Shown: positions 13,949 to 27,400, counted from the first letter of the stretch. The stretch: 64,000 nt of DNA from Antedon mediterranea (GCF_964355755.1 NC_092670.1:1726201-1790200), one strand, 5' to 3'. Made by a program: numbers and translations. The notes: generated by a model not told the origin, from the sequence alone.

Positions 13949-14056
13949 GGGTGTTGGTTCAAGTCCGCGATGACCGGGTGTTGGTTCGATACCGCGATGA
14001 CCGGGTGTTTGTTCGAGACCGCGATGACGGGTGTTGGTTAGAGTCCGCGATGACCG
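13949..14056 (+). repeat. 27-bp tandem repeat x4 containing a tRNA T-loop/B-box-like core
   Basis: GGGTGTTGGTTCGAGTCCGCGATGACC variants, four copies. Confidence 0.8.
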
Positions 14057-15439
14057 ATCGATTTCAATAGTGTGTTTCAAGTGATTGCCAATTCGGAGTT
14101 TGCTCGAGTTTGAAAACTTCAACTGGTTTACACTAGCAAAATTGGTAAATAAAAGTGTTTACAAACCAATGTTTAAGTTTGTGTGGACAAGGCTTAAGAA
14201 AACATTTAAAACATATACAAGACAAAATATTGTAATATTTACGGTAAAATACCGAATTAATATGCTCTCTTGGAACATTAACCTATGGACACAGATATCC
14301 AAGAATTCGTAGTCGAACACCAGAGTATCAATTTTGTTGACTATGTCTCCTCCCCACCTCCCTCCTTTATATCGATATAGGAGCGCGTCAGTGGTAGTCA
14401 TAGCAACAATTAGTATGTTGATATCAGAAGAGACAGACAATAAAATCAATAGCGAAATATTGTCGTAATACTGTACATGTTTTGTGGATGATGAACTTTA
14501 AAATTTACACTGTAATTGCAGATAATCATGGCCGCCTCCTACGTATTTCTTTAACATCCAATCTTGTACAGGCGTTCAGTATTTAATTAACGGTTTAATC
14601 AACGAACGCAGTTTTCTGAAATATGAAACACACAATATGACGTACAAGAGAAGAAATCAAACGAAAGATTTTTTCTCATGAAATTTGCAACAGTCAAAAA
14701 AAAATTGCCACTTCTCAAAAAACTGGACACGAAGTAGGCCTACGTCTGGAAACGTAAAATTGGAATAAATACGAATTCGAGAAACAAATTCATTCCATCG
14801 TACGTTTGCTCACAGAAATACCGGCGGTATTCTTGTTTAATTTTCCCTAAAAAATATAAGCAGAAAACAATGCAAATTTGCTATTCATGAATTTATGAGG
14901 CGCTAACCTTATTTTACAGTCTGTTGCAGACGGTAATTTGAACAAAAGCGGACGTTACATAAACTCGTGGGCTGTCCTGGTTCAATTCACGTATAAAGTT
15001 CATACGCAAAAAGTTAATGGGGTTAACATTTCTACAGACTGCAAATTTAAAAAAAAAAGGAATTTGCATCAACAACAACGTAATGATGAGAGCCATGGGA
15101 ATGGACTCTCCCTAGGCCTGGTGCTTCCCCACCACGTGATGGCTGCCTAAAGCTACAGCTGGTGTCTCGTGTTGAACCTTACCCTATTCATAGAGATATT
15201 ATATAATGATCTCTATGTCCTACTACATAGACAGGTCACCCAATGCCTATTACAAATTGAGAGGGGTGCAGTGTTATCATACCTCAAATGTTTCCAATAC
15301 TATTACAAGCCTGGGGACACAAGGTGACGTGATATAAAGAGGTGGTTCGATCTTTCTATTTTCTACTCTGGTGTCCCCTACCACTAAACACGATGTTGGA
15401 GTCATCGGACGCGCAATTGTGTACGGTACTGTCGACTAT

Positions 15440-15698
15440 CCCAACCAAGAACACGTTAGACATACTTTTGTTGACCGGTCATTTTCTTGCACAGCTCCAT
15501 CCTTAGGGAATACTCTTCTCTACAATCAATCAAGAATGCCAATTCTATTGACATCTTCAAACAATTGTTGAAAAGCCATCTCTATCGCATAGCATATGAA
15601 ATGACGTAATTTCCAACTTGTTTCGAGCCTTGTGGTCGTAGCGCTTTAGAGAAAATGTATTTTGTTTAAGCGCTATACAAAAGACTATTATTATTATT
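15440..15698 (+). mobile_element. Degenerate 3' end of an L2/CR1-group LINE
   Basis: Frameshifted translation resembles the RT C-terminus (PRTR..TF.DRSFSCTAPSL.N.L...IKNANSIDIFKQLLKSHLYRIAY), followed by an AGCGCTATACAAA tail and (TAT)n. Confidence 0.75.
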
Positions 15699-16058
15699 TA
15701 CAAAACCGTCCGTCTCTACGTTCCGACAATAACACTATCGAGACACGCGTCCGTACATTAGGGAAAACATGCATACATGTGTTATTAGCGTGTGTACTAC
15801 TGTATTATTCAAAAGACTTGAAAAGTTGGCAAATTCTAAAATAAAAATTTTTGAATAAAATCAATGTAAACGCGGAACTGTCCTTTAAATGTCTTAGTAA
15901 TAAATGTATCCTATTAATACACAAGATATCATTACAATCACGAACACTAAAAACAAATTCATCTGCATATTAAAAGCATAACAGCTCCATTCAACAGGGT
16001 AATCCTACCAGAAATATTGGGATTATTTTTATCAAGAACTTCTAAGTGAATGGTTTAG

Positions 16059-16388
16059 CAAACAGGCCTATCTTTAGGCACAAACAGGCCTATCTTTAGG
16101 CACAAACAGGCCAATCTTTAGGCACAAACAGGCCTATCTTTAGGCACAAACAGGCCTATCTTTAGGCACAAACAGGCCTATCTTTAGGCACAAACAGGCC
16201 TATCTTTAGGCACAAACAGGCCAATCTTTAGGCACAAACAGGCCTATCTTTAGGCACAAACAGGCCTATCTTTAGGCACAAACAGGCCTATCTTTAGGCA
16301 CAAACAGGCCTATCTTTAGGCACAAACAGGCCTATCTTTAGGCACAAACAGGCCTATCTTTAGGCACAAACAGGCCTATCTTTAGGCA
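16059..16388. repeat. 22-bp minisatellite x15 (CAAACAGGCCTATCTTTAGGCA)
   Basis: 15 near-perfect head-to-tail units with no spacers. Confidence 0.97.
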
Positions 16389-17541
16389 CAATTTCTGAGA
16401 AAGTTTGTGTAAAACTATTATTAATAACACATGGCCTTTTGTATCCAATTTATGCAAGTAAAGTAGCTAGATCACGCCTTTAAGCTTGGTTTCCAATTTG
16501 GACCAATCACGACGCGAACGTCCAAACTGTCGCTTGTTATTGGGTTAGCTCACCTGCGTTGCGCGTACGTCTGCGTCTACGTGAGAACCACGCTTTAGAT
16601 GATGTGGTATTAGACCATCTTGCTATATTGATTGCTTTTAACATTCCACTCCCTTTAACCCATTTTTTTCATATTTTGTTCCTAGATAACATTTTAAACA
16701 AATAATTATTTTGGGTATGCCTACTGGAGATTAAAAGTAAGGTAAACGATTGTTTGGTCCCAAAGAAATATCACCCCAAATAAAACTTCACAGTCTATAA
16801 AAATTAAAAATATATATGTATAATTTCAATTGCATTTAATTCACTATACAGTATTCTCTAAATGGCTAATTCAACAAAAATTCATTCATTTAATATAAAC
16901 ATTTACCCTAGCATGTGACGAATGTTAATATTAGAAAAACCTTTGTAATGTATATTATAACATTAACAAGAAATTGATGGATTAAAAAAAATAATAATTT
17001 ATAATACTGTAGTATAATAATGTTATTTTAGAGTAGAGAAATCATTCTGCACCAGCTCAGAGAGAGCATGCTCAGAGAGAGCATGCTCAGAATAATTGAT
17101 AGACTCAATATATATGTTGCTATTATCATTATATACTGTATGTATACATTGACAACATTAGAACATTCATATTAAAGAAACTATTCAAATGACAAAATGA
17201 AATATTGTTTAGAATTAAAGTCAGAGGTGTTGCTTGCCACTAGGGGGCGACATTCTGGTTTCATTGGAGGTAAACACCAATAACCTTCTTGGAAGACTAA
17301 ACTGAAAGATAAATATTTTAAACTTTCACTAGCATGCAAAACTCGCTCTCAATGTATGGCTAGCAAAACTTTAAATTCAAGAAGACAAGGTTATGTGCAT
17401 TGGAAGGATCCCTCATCCACGAGTCTTGGATCCGCTGCCAATGATGTGTCTTCTTTTGCAACATGTCACAAAAGTTCAACCTGATGCATACCTGGAATAG
17501 CTATCAATAGCTATCTATTTAATTCATGTTCGCTGCTAACA

Positions 17542-19686
17542 TCAACTGACCCCACTCTTTGTAATTTGAAAGACAGCTAACTTTGGCACTTTTCCATCTT
17601 CATACCCTTAAAATGAAGAACAATATTTTCTGCACTTTTTTTTCCAATTTACGTCAACTTACTGTTAAAACACATGTGCAAAATGTGGTGCAAAATCGTT
17701 AAGAACTCTACCTGAGGAACCACAATATTTGCTCAAGACATTTCTACATTCTCAGTTCAAACTTCAGTCATTGATCGAACTAGACAACCTCAAGAAGAGA
17801 CTTGCACTCAACAGCTGTGCCATTGACAGTACAAAGCCTTATCTCTATTTTTACTTACTTTGAATCTTATTTAAAATATTCTTACCTGGAAACGGCGATT
17901 CCTCGTCATGGAGACAGGATATTGCCCACTTGCATGCTTTCTCACAATCAATGCTAAAAATATACACAATTAATCTGGTTTATTGAACTAAAAATTAATT
18001 AATTAATTAAAAATATCTTTAAAAAAATGTTAGATTTTAAAATATTTGTCACCGTAAATAACCATGAATTTTAAGAGAACTTACGTTACGATAGCCATGG
18101 AATTGTTTTCTGCGCCATGAAAAACTTGACATTCGTTAATAGCACCATAAGTAGACAACGCCCCCACAAGGTCAGCTTCACTCAAAGTAGAAGGAATGTT
18201 TTGAACACAGAGCTGAAACTTTTCCTGAAGAAATAAGTTATTTTTATTGGTGTTATTATTACCAATCAATCAATCAGCATTTTTGGCAAAACATAACTTG
18301 AAAAAGGTTGACAAGTCAGGCTAGGAAACTGATAAAGTCTCATTTATTAGACAGGTGATCTCAAATTAAAACGCTTTCTAAAATTTCATATTTTATTGTT
18401 TAATTCTGAAGAGAATGTAGGTATAACAGAGAAATATGTATAAATAAAAACATAATATAAAAAACATATACCATTAAGAACATTCAGAATTGAATAAATT
18501 GGGTGTACAGTTTAATCAAAACAAAAAGGGGAAGTGCAGTAGATGACTAGCGGGGAGGGGGAATTGAGACAAAAAACAACAACCAACCTGTGGTTTACTT
18601 TTGTCAATAGATACTTCTCTTTCAGCATCACCATGACAACCATCATCACTTGCACTATCCACACTTGCACCTAACAACTTCCCAATGGATTTAAAATCAA
18701 CAACATCTTCGGTACTTTTGTATTTTAAATCCAGAACATCTTTTGTAGTTTTTGATTTTAAATCTTTTACATGCTCAGCTTCTGTTGCCGTGGAGTCAAT
18801 CGATGGCAATTCCGTTGAGTGTTTTGATGAAGCAACACTGATGTCTGCAGTCATGGAACTTTGTGACGAATGTGATGATGAAAAATTGCCAGTCTTTTCT
18901 GCGTTGCGTAACTTGGCAATGTGCCAATCAAAATATGCTGCATCGTATCTAGAATTATATGATTTAGCATCGTACACATACTTCCTAGCATCCTCGTTAG
19001 TTGAGCAAGAATTATTTTTTATTTTGACCTCTACTTGTGAATCGCCATTTTTCTTTGAGTTGCCAGACTAAAAAACAAACAGAAAAATATTGAAAAATAT
19101 GATGCTTACTGCATATTGGTCGATCTACCTTATTCTGTCATGGAAGACATAGCAGGAGTTAATGAGTCACCAATGTATTTTTGCATTTAATTAACCAAAA
19201 GTGCTCCGGGTCTAGTATAAAACCGAAAATCACACTATTGGTATGTTTTTCAACAAAGATAAATCACACACAAAATATCGGGAAACTTCCATTATTATTG
19301 TGAGACTTAGACTTGGTCTGCTGATGGGCATATCAAGTTTGTATTAAGCTCTGCCTACACTATCAAACTATATGTTACAAAAACATGTAATGTGCCCAAA
19401 TATAGTAGCAATATGCCCAAATATGGTAGTGATAGGACATCATCATGCTCATATATGGGCACATCACATAAAGTTTGATAGTGTAGACAGAGCTTTAGTT
19501 ATGCTTAGAAATGTACAGTACCTCAGTTTTTGCTTTGTTTATTAGAAATTTTGGTAGCCGTATTGTTCGCGGATCAACTGGTATTTGTTTTCCGCGCCCA
19601 AGCCCCTTCACAAACTGCGGAGGTGTAGCCACATTGGAAAGGTGATCGTCATAGCTATGGAATATACCTACATCACCATCAACCAT
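17542..19686 (-). CDS. Uncharacterised protein with a low-complexity N-terminus and a C-terminal RRM-like domain
   Basis: Exons 19686-19522, 19067-18588, 18224-18085, 17953-17886, 17606-17542 with consistent phases. LCVQNIPSTLSEADLVGALSTYGAINECQVF...MAIVT..CEKACKWAISCLH is RRM-like. A possible alternative last exon ends at TGA 17221. Probable non-coding first exon ends at 20423. Confidence 0.7.
19347..19494. mobile_element. MITE family A (PIF/Harbinger-Tourist-like, TTA TSD)
   Basis: TIR AGCTCTG(t/c)CTACACTATCAAAC...GTTTGATAGTGTAGACAGAGCT flanked by TTA/TTA. Other copies at 50493-50601 and, partially, at about 25603-25705. Confidence 0.85.
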
Positions 19687-20626
19687 TTTATTTTATTAGA
19701 ATTTGTGTTGTCAGATTATCTCTTCTGGTCTGAAAAAAAAAACAAAATGATTAAAGATTATAATACTAGGCCTAGTAATAAAATCCTCCATGGCAGCTAT
19801 GTTAATTTAATTTCATTATTTATTCAGTCTATTTCAGTATAATATAATAACAAAAAAACTGTAGTGATAGATATTTGGTATGAACAACACAAACTCTTCA
19901 CCAGTTATGGAGAAAATGGCAAAAGGCTTCCTACTGGGTGGAGTTACCAGATAGGCCTAGCTCTAGTCTATGTGGTATATTGTTTTGACAACTTTTTTAA
20001 CTCACAACATTCAGGCCTAGGCCCTATTCAGTTCATCTTTATTTATTTATGTTTTGGACTGAATGATACGGTATCTCTATCTATCCAAATCTAGGACTAG
20101 GAGTAGCCTAGTAGGCTAGGCCTGTTTGAGGTCACTGTTGAGGTGTGACTGGACGCACGATTTGAGAGCGAGGCCTACTTTTTGAATTTTGTAGTAGGAG
20201 GCTAGGCTAGACTTAGAGAGGCTAGGCTAGGCCTAGGCCTAGACCTATTTATTAAAAAAAATTTTTTAGTTAGTTAGTTAGTAGGCAACTAACTAGCCTA
20301 CTAGCTAGGCCTAGCTAGTTAGGCTAGTATAACAAAGAAGAGAGGTGGTAGGGGTCTAGCCAGTGGCAAGATTATGTCGTATCCTGTTTGGTGTAGTAGT
20401 AGCAGAATTTTTTTTTTCTTACCTAAGAAGACGACCACTGGCACTGACCGACGATTTTTGGCAGAAAGTAAAAGAAATTGAAGATTCGGGTCGATTCGTC
20501 CCATCCAATACCGCCACCACGTGCTCATAATGTTATGCATGAGTGATTCTGAGGTCAAAGTTAACTGTATCATCAATATTGCTCTTAAAAAAAAATAAAC
20601 AAATACAGTACTGTAACACTCTGATT

Positions 20627-21314
20627 ATGTCGACGATGAATTTTCAAAAGAGTTTCAAGTCACGACCACCTGATAAAGGAAGCTTTCCGCTTGATCATGA
20701 AGGTGATTTTTTTTAGGCCTAGGCCTAGGCCTAAGGTAGCCCTAATTAGTAACTATAGGCCTAGCTAGAGTCTAATACTTAATAGCCAATCAATAGGCCT
20801 AGGCCTAGAGCCATTTTTTGTGTGGAAGATTGGACCCACTACTGTGTAATGGCCAAAACTTTTCGGTTGATTATTATTATTATTAATAAATATGTTTTCT
20901 CTACAAAAAGGAGAGTGTAAGGCGTTTAAAATTCAGTTTATGGAATGTATGCGAAGATGTGGGCAACATTCGTCTGAATGTAGATTGGAATCTAAGGCAT
21001 ATTTGGAATGCCGTATGGAAAGGTACTGTTAAGTGTTATGCCTTATGGAATAATAAATTTGTGTTACTAAATAAATGTCCCAAACTAATCTATACATTGT
21101 AAAATAAAAATGGCATAAAAAATAAATTTTTAAGCTTTTGATAATTAAATTTGTAATAATAAATATGGAAGTGTTATTTGACAGTTTGTTTTTCAATTAA
21201 AAATTTCTTTCTTTAAATTACAGAGATCTTATGACAAAGGAGCCAATGAGTAAATTGGGCTTTGCAGACTTAGAAGAGAAGCAAGAAAGTGGTGCACCGA
21301 CTAATGAATCATGA
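20627..21314 (+). CDS. COX19: Cytochrome c oxidase assembly factor COX19 (twin CX9C), 92 aa
   Basis: Exons 20627-20702, 20911-21022, 21224-21314. [76 protein letters not shown] matches the COX19 signature. Not in the ORF track. Confidence 0.97.
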
Positions 21315-22149
21315 CAGTAGTCTCTAAGTACCATTATACGAAAAACTCTTACAGAAGTAATAGGAAGTTAAAGTACTCTGGGTTTCAATCCCAAGAGTTA
21401 AACATAGGCACAAATAGAGTCTCTAGTCATCATATTTTAAGTTTTGTCTAAACTAAACAGAATACATATGAAGTGCCATATGTGCCAAAACATTTTTCTT
21501 TTACCAATATGAAGTAAATCGCGGTCTAGAACCTAGCCCAGCATGAATAGCGTGAAAGCTTAGAATATTCTTCATTTTATAAAATATTTTTGAATTATAT
21601 ATAAAACAAAGATTCCTTTTTGTAACAACCAAAACAAATTTATAAGCGAACTTGCAGAACGTTTTATTTTGAATTGTTGAAAAAAGACGGCAGCAATCTG
21701 ACGACATCTTAATTAATAAAAGTGTCTTTGTCTGCCAACAACATTGTTTATATAACGAAATCATTTCACTTTTTGGAATTTAATAAATATCAGCGTCAAC
21801 CACAAAGATCTGTTGACGATATTATCACAAAATTCTACTTTGTTACACGATAAGCTCTTTGCCAACTTATTTTGATATTTTGCAGACATTTTAATTATTG
21901 AATCAATTATAAAAATGTAGACAGTTAAAAGAAATTTAATAAAAAAAATTAATAAAACAGATCTTTAAACAGAATACGGCAGCAAAGTGCACTATCATTC
22001 AAATTCAATTATTGAATTAAACCAATCTAACTAACTTATCAAAATACCATAAAAAAGGTCGGGTACAATCCCATGCTTAACTATGTATAATAATGATTTA
22101 TAAAGAGCCTAATGTTGTGCAACCTCTAAGCGCTGTACCTCTACACATA

Positions 22150-22340
22150 TTATTACCCCGGTCATTTTTGGATCAAACATACTCCCATAATGCAGCTATT
22201 AATCGGCACAAAATTGTGCCTTGACCTTACCAGGTACTCATTTGTACACCTGGGTGGAGAGAGGTAAGTAAAGTTGCATAAGGATGCAAGCAATGTGGCG
22301 AGTGTTGGATTTTTACCCACGATCAGTAGTCAACGTCCAA
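22150..22340 (-). mobile_element. Probable tRNA-derived CORE-type SINE remnant
   Basis: The minus strand reads ...CCTCTCTCCACCCAGGTGTACAAATGAGTACC..., resembling the central domain of invertebrate SINEs, and ends in a short TAA-type tail. Assignment from memory only. Confidence 0.45.
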
Positions 22341-24430
22341 AAAATATAGAAAGTTGCTTGTGAAACGTGGGAATGTTAAAGTCAAATGTAATAAATAGCA
22401 AATTAGAAATGATATTTTCAATGATAAAAAGTCGTTACTGTTACTTCCTCTTTACCCCTCTGATTAAAATAGTTGATTCAATCAAATTAGATAATACAAT
22501 ACAAAAATGGAAACAAACTTAGTCAGCACCTCCCTGGATTAGGAAATTAATTTAATATTTTTTAAATTTTTAATGTCAAACCTAATTAAGATGAACAGTG
22601 TGCATCAGTGAAAAAGGGTAGTACAGTAGTGATGTTAATAAAAAGTACTTTTTATTCTAAAAACAAGGCTCAAAATTCACCCTAGAAACTAGCAATTTGT
22701 TTTTAATAATTGAATTTAAAAGTTGAAAACTAGCTACTGTCTGCTGGTTGAAATCATTGCAACAATAAAATATTACTTTTTACAACAAAGGCACCTTAGG
22801 CATGATCTGATCATTTCTGCAAAACTTTTTTTGTTGTTGAATAGACATACTTGCTAGTTAGATTTGTTACAATTACTAGCAAAGGTTTGTGGATAAAAAG
22901 TAAATTTCTAATGAACAAGCAGAATTGAAAATAAAAGGTTCCTTTAAACATTGGCACAAGTTATCAGAAGTAAATCCGCTAAGCTTGCAGTACAGCCCAT
23001 AACATCAAATATGTTTGTTTTGATTTAGCGCACATAGGGAAGTTAGGGGGAAATTAAATTATCTTGCATGTCATGGGACTACACATACTGTGTGTCTCCA
23101 CACGTACAGAAAACAGCACACGTGTTAATCTGGACTAAATGTAGGTCTCAATCAGGATACAACATTATCAATTCTTGGATTCGTGATACGTACAGGTCAT
23201 CGCGGCACACAGAGGTCAAGGTGGTATGGTCATGTTAATAAATGCCAGGCCAATAAGTATCATATCTTGGAATAGAATCCATCAATTGAAGTTCTATGAA
23301 GAAGTTTCTTTTTGAAGAATGTGACCAAAATGATTTAATGGCCAAATGTAATTTTGAAATTGTTATGAAATGCAATCAGAGGTTTTACAATAGAACTTGT
23401 TTTCTTGTTGCACTTTCAGTGCTTATTAAACACTTGAAATTTAGTGGCACATTCTCACAAATGTAACAATATAAAACATTAATGTATGTATTGTAAAGGT
23501 TAAAGGAATACACCTTAGGAAAATAAGGTTTGAGGTACACCATGTGTTTCCAAAAGGAAACAAAGCGTGAAGATGGATGATCACAACAAAGTTGTCGTCA
23601 GTTGCTACAAGCATCTTGTGAAGTAAATCAATCACTTTGTTGTACAATATTATGCAATCAGGGGATACAAATCTAAATCAGTTCATTTACATTTAGAAAT
23701 AACTACAGTATTTCAGTGAAAATAGAACGTTCAAACATGACCTTGGTCTCAACACATGTTGCACAATTTTTGCCAGGAAATCAACTTATTATCACAAACA
23801 GTAATCATCTGTTTATATTCTAAATCTATTATCATTGAAGTCATGACTTCTAAAAGATTTTATGAATAATCAAAATACTAGTTTGTTGTTTCTCTCTGTT
23901 TATTTAAAGATTTTATTGCCAAAATGATGAATTAATTGTCATATTTGATTGGGACTTTTACCGTTAAGTACAGTTTTTCCGTTGAGTACTTATTTAACAG
24001 AGTAGTTTGAGCATTGAGATTGTTCTTAATGAAAAAGCTTGCGCTGTTAACGTTTTCTATTCGAATGACGTTTTGTTGAGCAGAAATTAAAAATTTGAAT
24101 ACAAAAAGTACTCAACGAATCTTTACGTTGACAACGAAAGTTCCTATTCGAATACGATAATTGTAAACAATATAATTTCATTGGTAACTTTCTTTATAGA
24201 GTCTGCTTGCATATTAAATTATTATTATTACTTATTTTACAGTTTTTAAAAACCAATAATTTTTGTTGAAGTCATGACTTCTAAAGATTTTATGAATAAT
24301 CAAAATACTAGTTTTTTGTTTCTCTCTGTTTATTTAAAGATTTTATTGCCAAAATGATGAATTAATGTACACATTATAATTAATGTACACATTATTATTA
24401 CTGTAAACATAATTTCATTGATAACTTTCT

Positions 24431-27400
24431 TTACAGAGTTTGCTTGCATATTAAATTATTATTTTTGCAAAATGCAAGACATTGTAAAAGTGCATTAGCT
24501 AAAACCTCTCGTTGATATTTATTCGCACTTTGGTAAACGCCAGATAACTGCGTTGAAATAAACACCGCCCTCTCTCCGTCATCTCTTAAATCAAAGTTCT
24601 CTTTGAGAAACCCCTCAACAAGTTTCTGACCACTTTTACGCCGATTACCGACCATCAAATCAAAATGTCTACAGGTAATAGACTCTGGTATTGATACAGC
24701 TTTTAATTCATCGTTTTCACCTCTTCTTGTGTTTAGAATTCCGTAAAAAAGACTTTCTATGGCTCGCAGGAAAATATAAACTTGCGCAACAGACTTGTTA
24801 TTGTTTAATTGTACGTAACGTTTGTGTTCTAGAAGATATAGGTCAGTTTCTGGAAGCTGGTGTAGTATGTCGTTGACCTGTAGATAAAATATTTCAAATT
24901 AAATGTATTATCTAGATAGGAAATCCATTTTGTTTACTGTCAAAAACTTTCAGTTTTTAGACTTTTGCATTACCACCAGAATTCTCAAGGTTATTAAGGG
25001 GAAAGATAAGGACAGCATTACTCACAATAACTCACAACATAACTCGCTTGTGAGGTTAATGCACTGCTTTTGCTAAGTTAAGGTCACCAAACATACCCAT
25101 TGTTTTAAAGTTAGTGGCTACAATACCAACACGAATGATGAAATTCCTGACCGCATAAACAAGAAAACCACAAGTGCCACTTTCAAGTTCATGTCACACG
25201 CTCACCACCTCACACGAGGCCAGAAGCCAAATCATCTGACCATTTTGCTTTGCAGGTTTTGTGAAATGAATGTGGTTGGAGTAATTAGGCAAAATTACAT
25301 TTATAAACAAGCAGTAATTACAGAAAAATACAGAATTTGGAAAAACAATTGGAACCTAAAAAAGTCTGGCCTACTTATTTAACGTTATCGTTCCTGGTGT
25401 GAATGGGCCTTAATAACGGTGGTCATAGTGTTTAAACATTACCTCATTCGTTCACAGTCCCATTACTCATGATGGTAGAATTAGTTTAATTCTTGCATGC
25501 ATTAATAGTGGTATTCCCTAAAAAGGTGTCCCAAAGCAGGTGGTTTACTGTATAAACAATTCAAAATTAATATCAATAATTGTAGGGATGATTTTTAAAC
25601 TAAAGCTCTGTCTACACTATCAAACATTATGTGACAAAAAAATGGCCCATAATGGACATGATGTCTAATCACTACCATATTTGGGCATATCACTACCATA
25701 TTTGGGAACTTTTTTAAAGTTTGGAATAAAGATTTTGACAAGTTAGTTGACCTACCAAATGAAAGTAAGTGAAAGGATCCCATTTTGTTGGTGTAATTTC
25801 TTCGGGTAAATCTTGAACATTCCAATCTGTTAAACGAAGACTTCTGTTTACATGAACCCAGCCAATTTGTTTCAATCCGATTGAGATTGATACAATGTTT
25901 TGAACATTCTGCAAATTAGAGTGAGAATAATGGCAATTAATTCAAATGTAAAATTCACAAATAAATTGAAGGTGATAAAGATGTGAAAAGATATTGATGA
26001 TAAACATGAAGATTATAACGAAATACAGTGTTTGTTTATCAGTACCTCACAACGGTAAAATGGAAAATAAACAGGATTTCGTTTTTAGTTTACCAAATAA
26101 CATACTTTAAATAAAAAAAAAGTATTGGCAGTTATTAGCTCATTAATGTTTATGCTTGTTTTCCATGTACTTTTTGGTATTGGACGATGTTTTATTTGAC
26201 GATAAAATTATGGTAATGTGATTTGAATGGATTATGCATGCTGTATATGTACCATAATGCACGTATACAGTAGTGATTTTTGGCGTTTAAGTGTGGAAGG
26301 GCGTGGCCTCGCAATAAATGCGCGAGACATGGTAGGATTAGAGAGAGCCACATTAGTAACATCTATATTGGAATGTCAATATCCACTAAATTCTGAATCA
26401 AATATAAATACCACAACTCATTTGGTGAAGCTTGTGAAGATTAAATAATGGAATCCATCCAAGAAAACATTGGCTGGTGGAGGAACAATATATAGAACAG
26501 CTTTAGCGTTCTGGTTATGTAACATAACCCCTCTAAACTTGGCAAACTTTGTGGCACAATTCTGGTTATGTAACCAATCTTGGTTTTTCAAACTTGATGG
26601 CCGTTGGCCAGAAAACTGTCATCAGCTGAGTTTTGTTATGACATAACATGTCGATTCAAATCCATTAAATACTTATAGTTTGTTTTGAATGAAGAGTTGG
26701 GAGTGTATTACTTCATATAAACCTAATCCTCTCAAAGAATAAAGAAGAAATGCAGAAAAAGTGTTTTAAAAAAAATATAAAAAGTAGTTATTAATATAAA
26801 AACAATTTATTTTGATTTGATTTCAACAAAAAAATGGAAATTTATTTGTATTTTCTTTCATATCTTTCACTATTGTATGCAAAATGTGCCACTATAGTTC
26901 ATCAATCAAGTATTTTAAAGTATTGCAGAGAGTAGCAAATGCACTAGGGATTTCCATACTATGTTATAAGCAATACTAAAATCAAACAAAACCTTAAATA
27001 TTTAACAAATCTGATGATGTAATAAACACTATTCTGCACCACTTAGTACTTTAGGGTACACTCTGGTAGAAAGGTGTACTTTAGGGTACACTCTGGTAGA
27101 AAGGTGTACTTTAGGGTACAGTCTGGTTGAAAGGTGTACTTTAGGGTACACTCTGGTAGAAAGGTGTACTTTAGGGTACACTCTGGTAGAAAGGTGTACT
27201 TTAGGGTACACTCTGGTAGAAAGGTGTACTTTAGGGTACACTCTGGTAGAAAGGTGTACTTTAGGGTACACTCTGGTAGAAAGGTGTACTTTAGGGTACA
27301 CTCTGGTAGAAAGGTAACATTGTTTATAACAAAAATCCACATATCCATACATGCAAGTTGCAAGTTATTGTCTCTTATGGTAATATTTATTTACGGCTGC

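Noticed and set aside
16059-16388. Short regular repeat arrays as possible CRISPR (also 27046-27315, 37684-38020, 53691-54307)
   Set aside because: Units are head-to-tail with no unique spacers, there are no cas genes, and the context is eukaryotic and intronic or intergenic.
18685-19071. 128-aa plus-strand ORF, and similar antisense ORFs at 48534-48797 and 52580-52795
   Set aside because: Shadow ORFs antisense to real exons.
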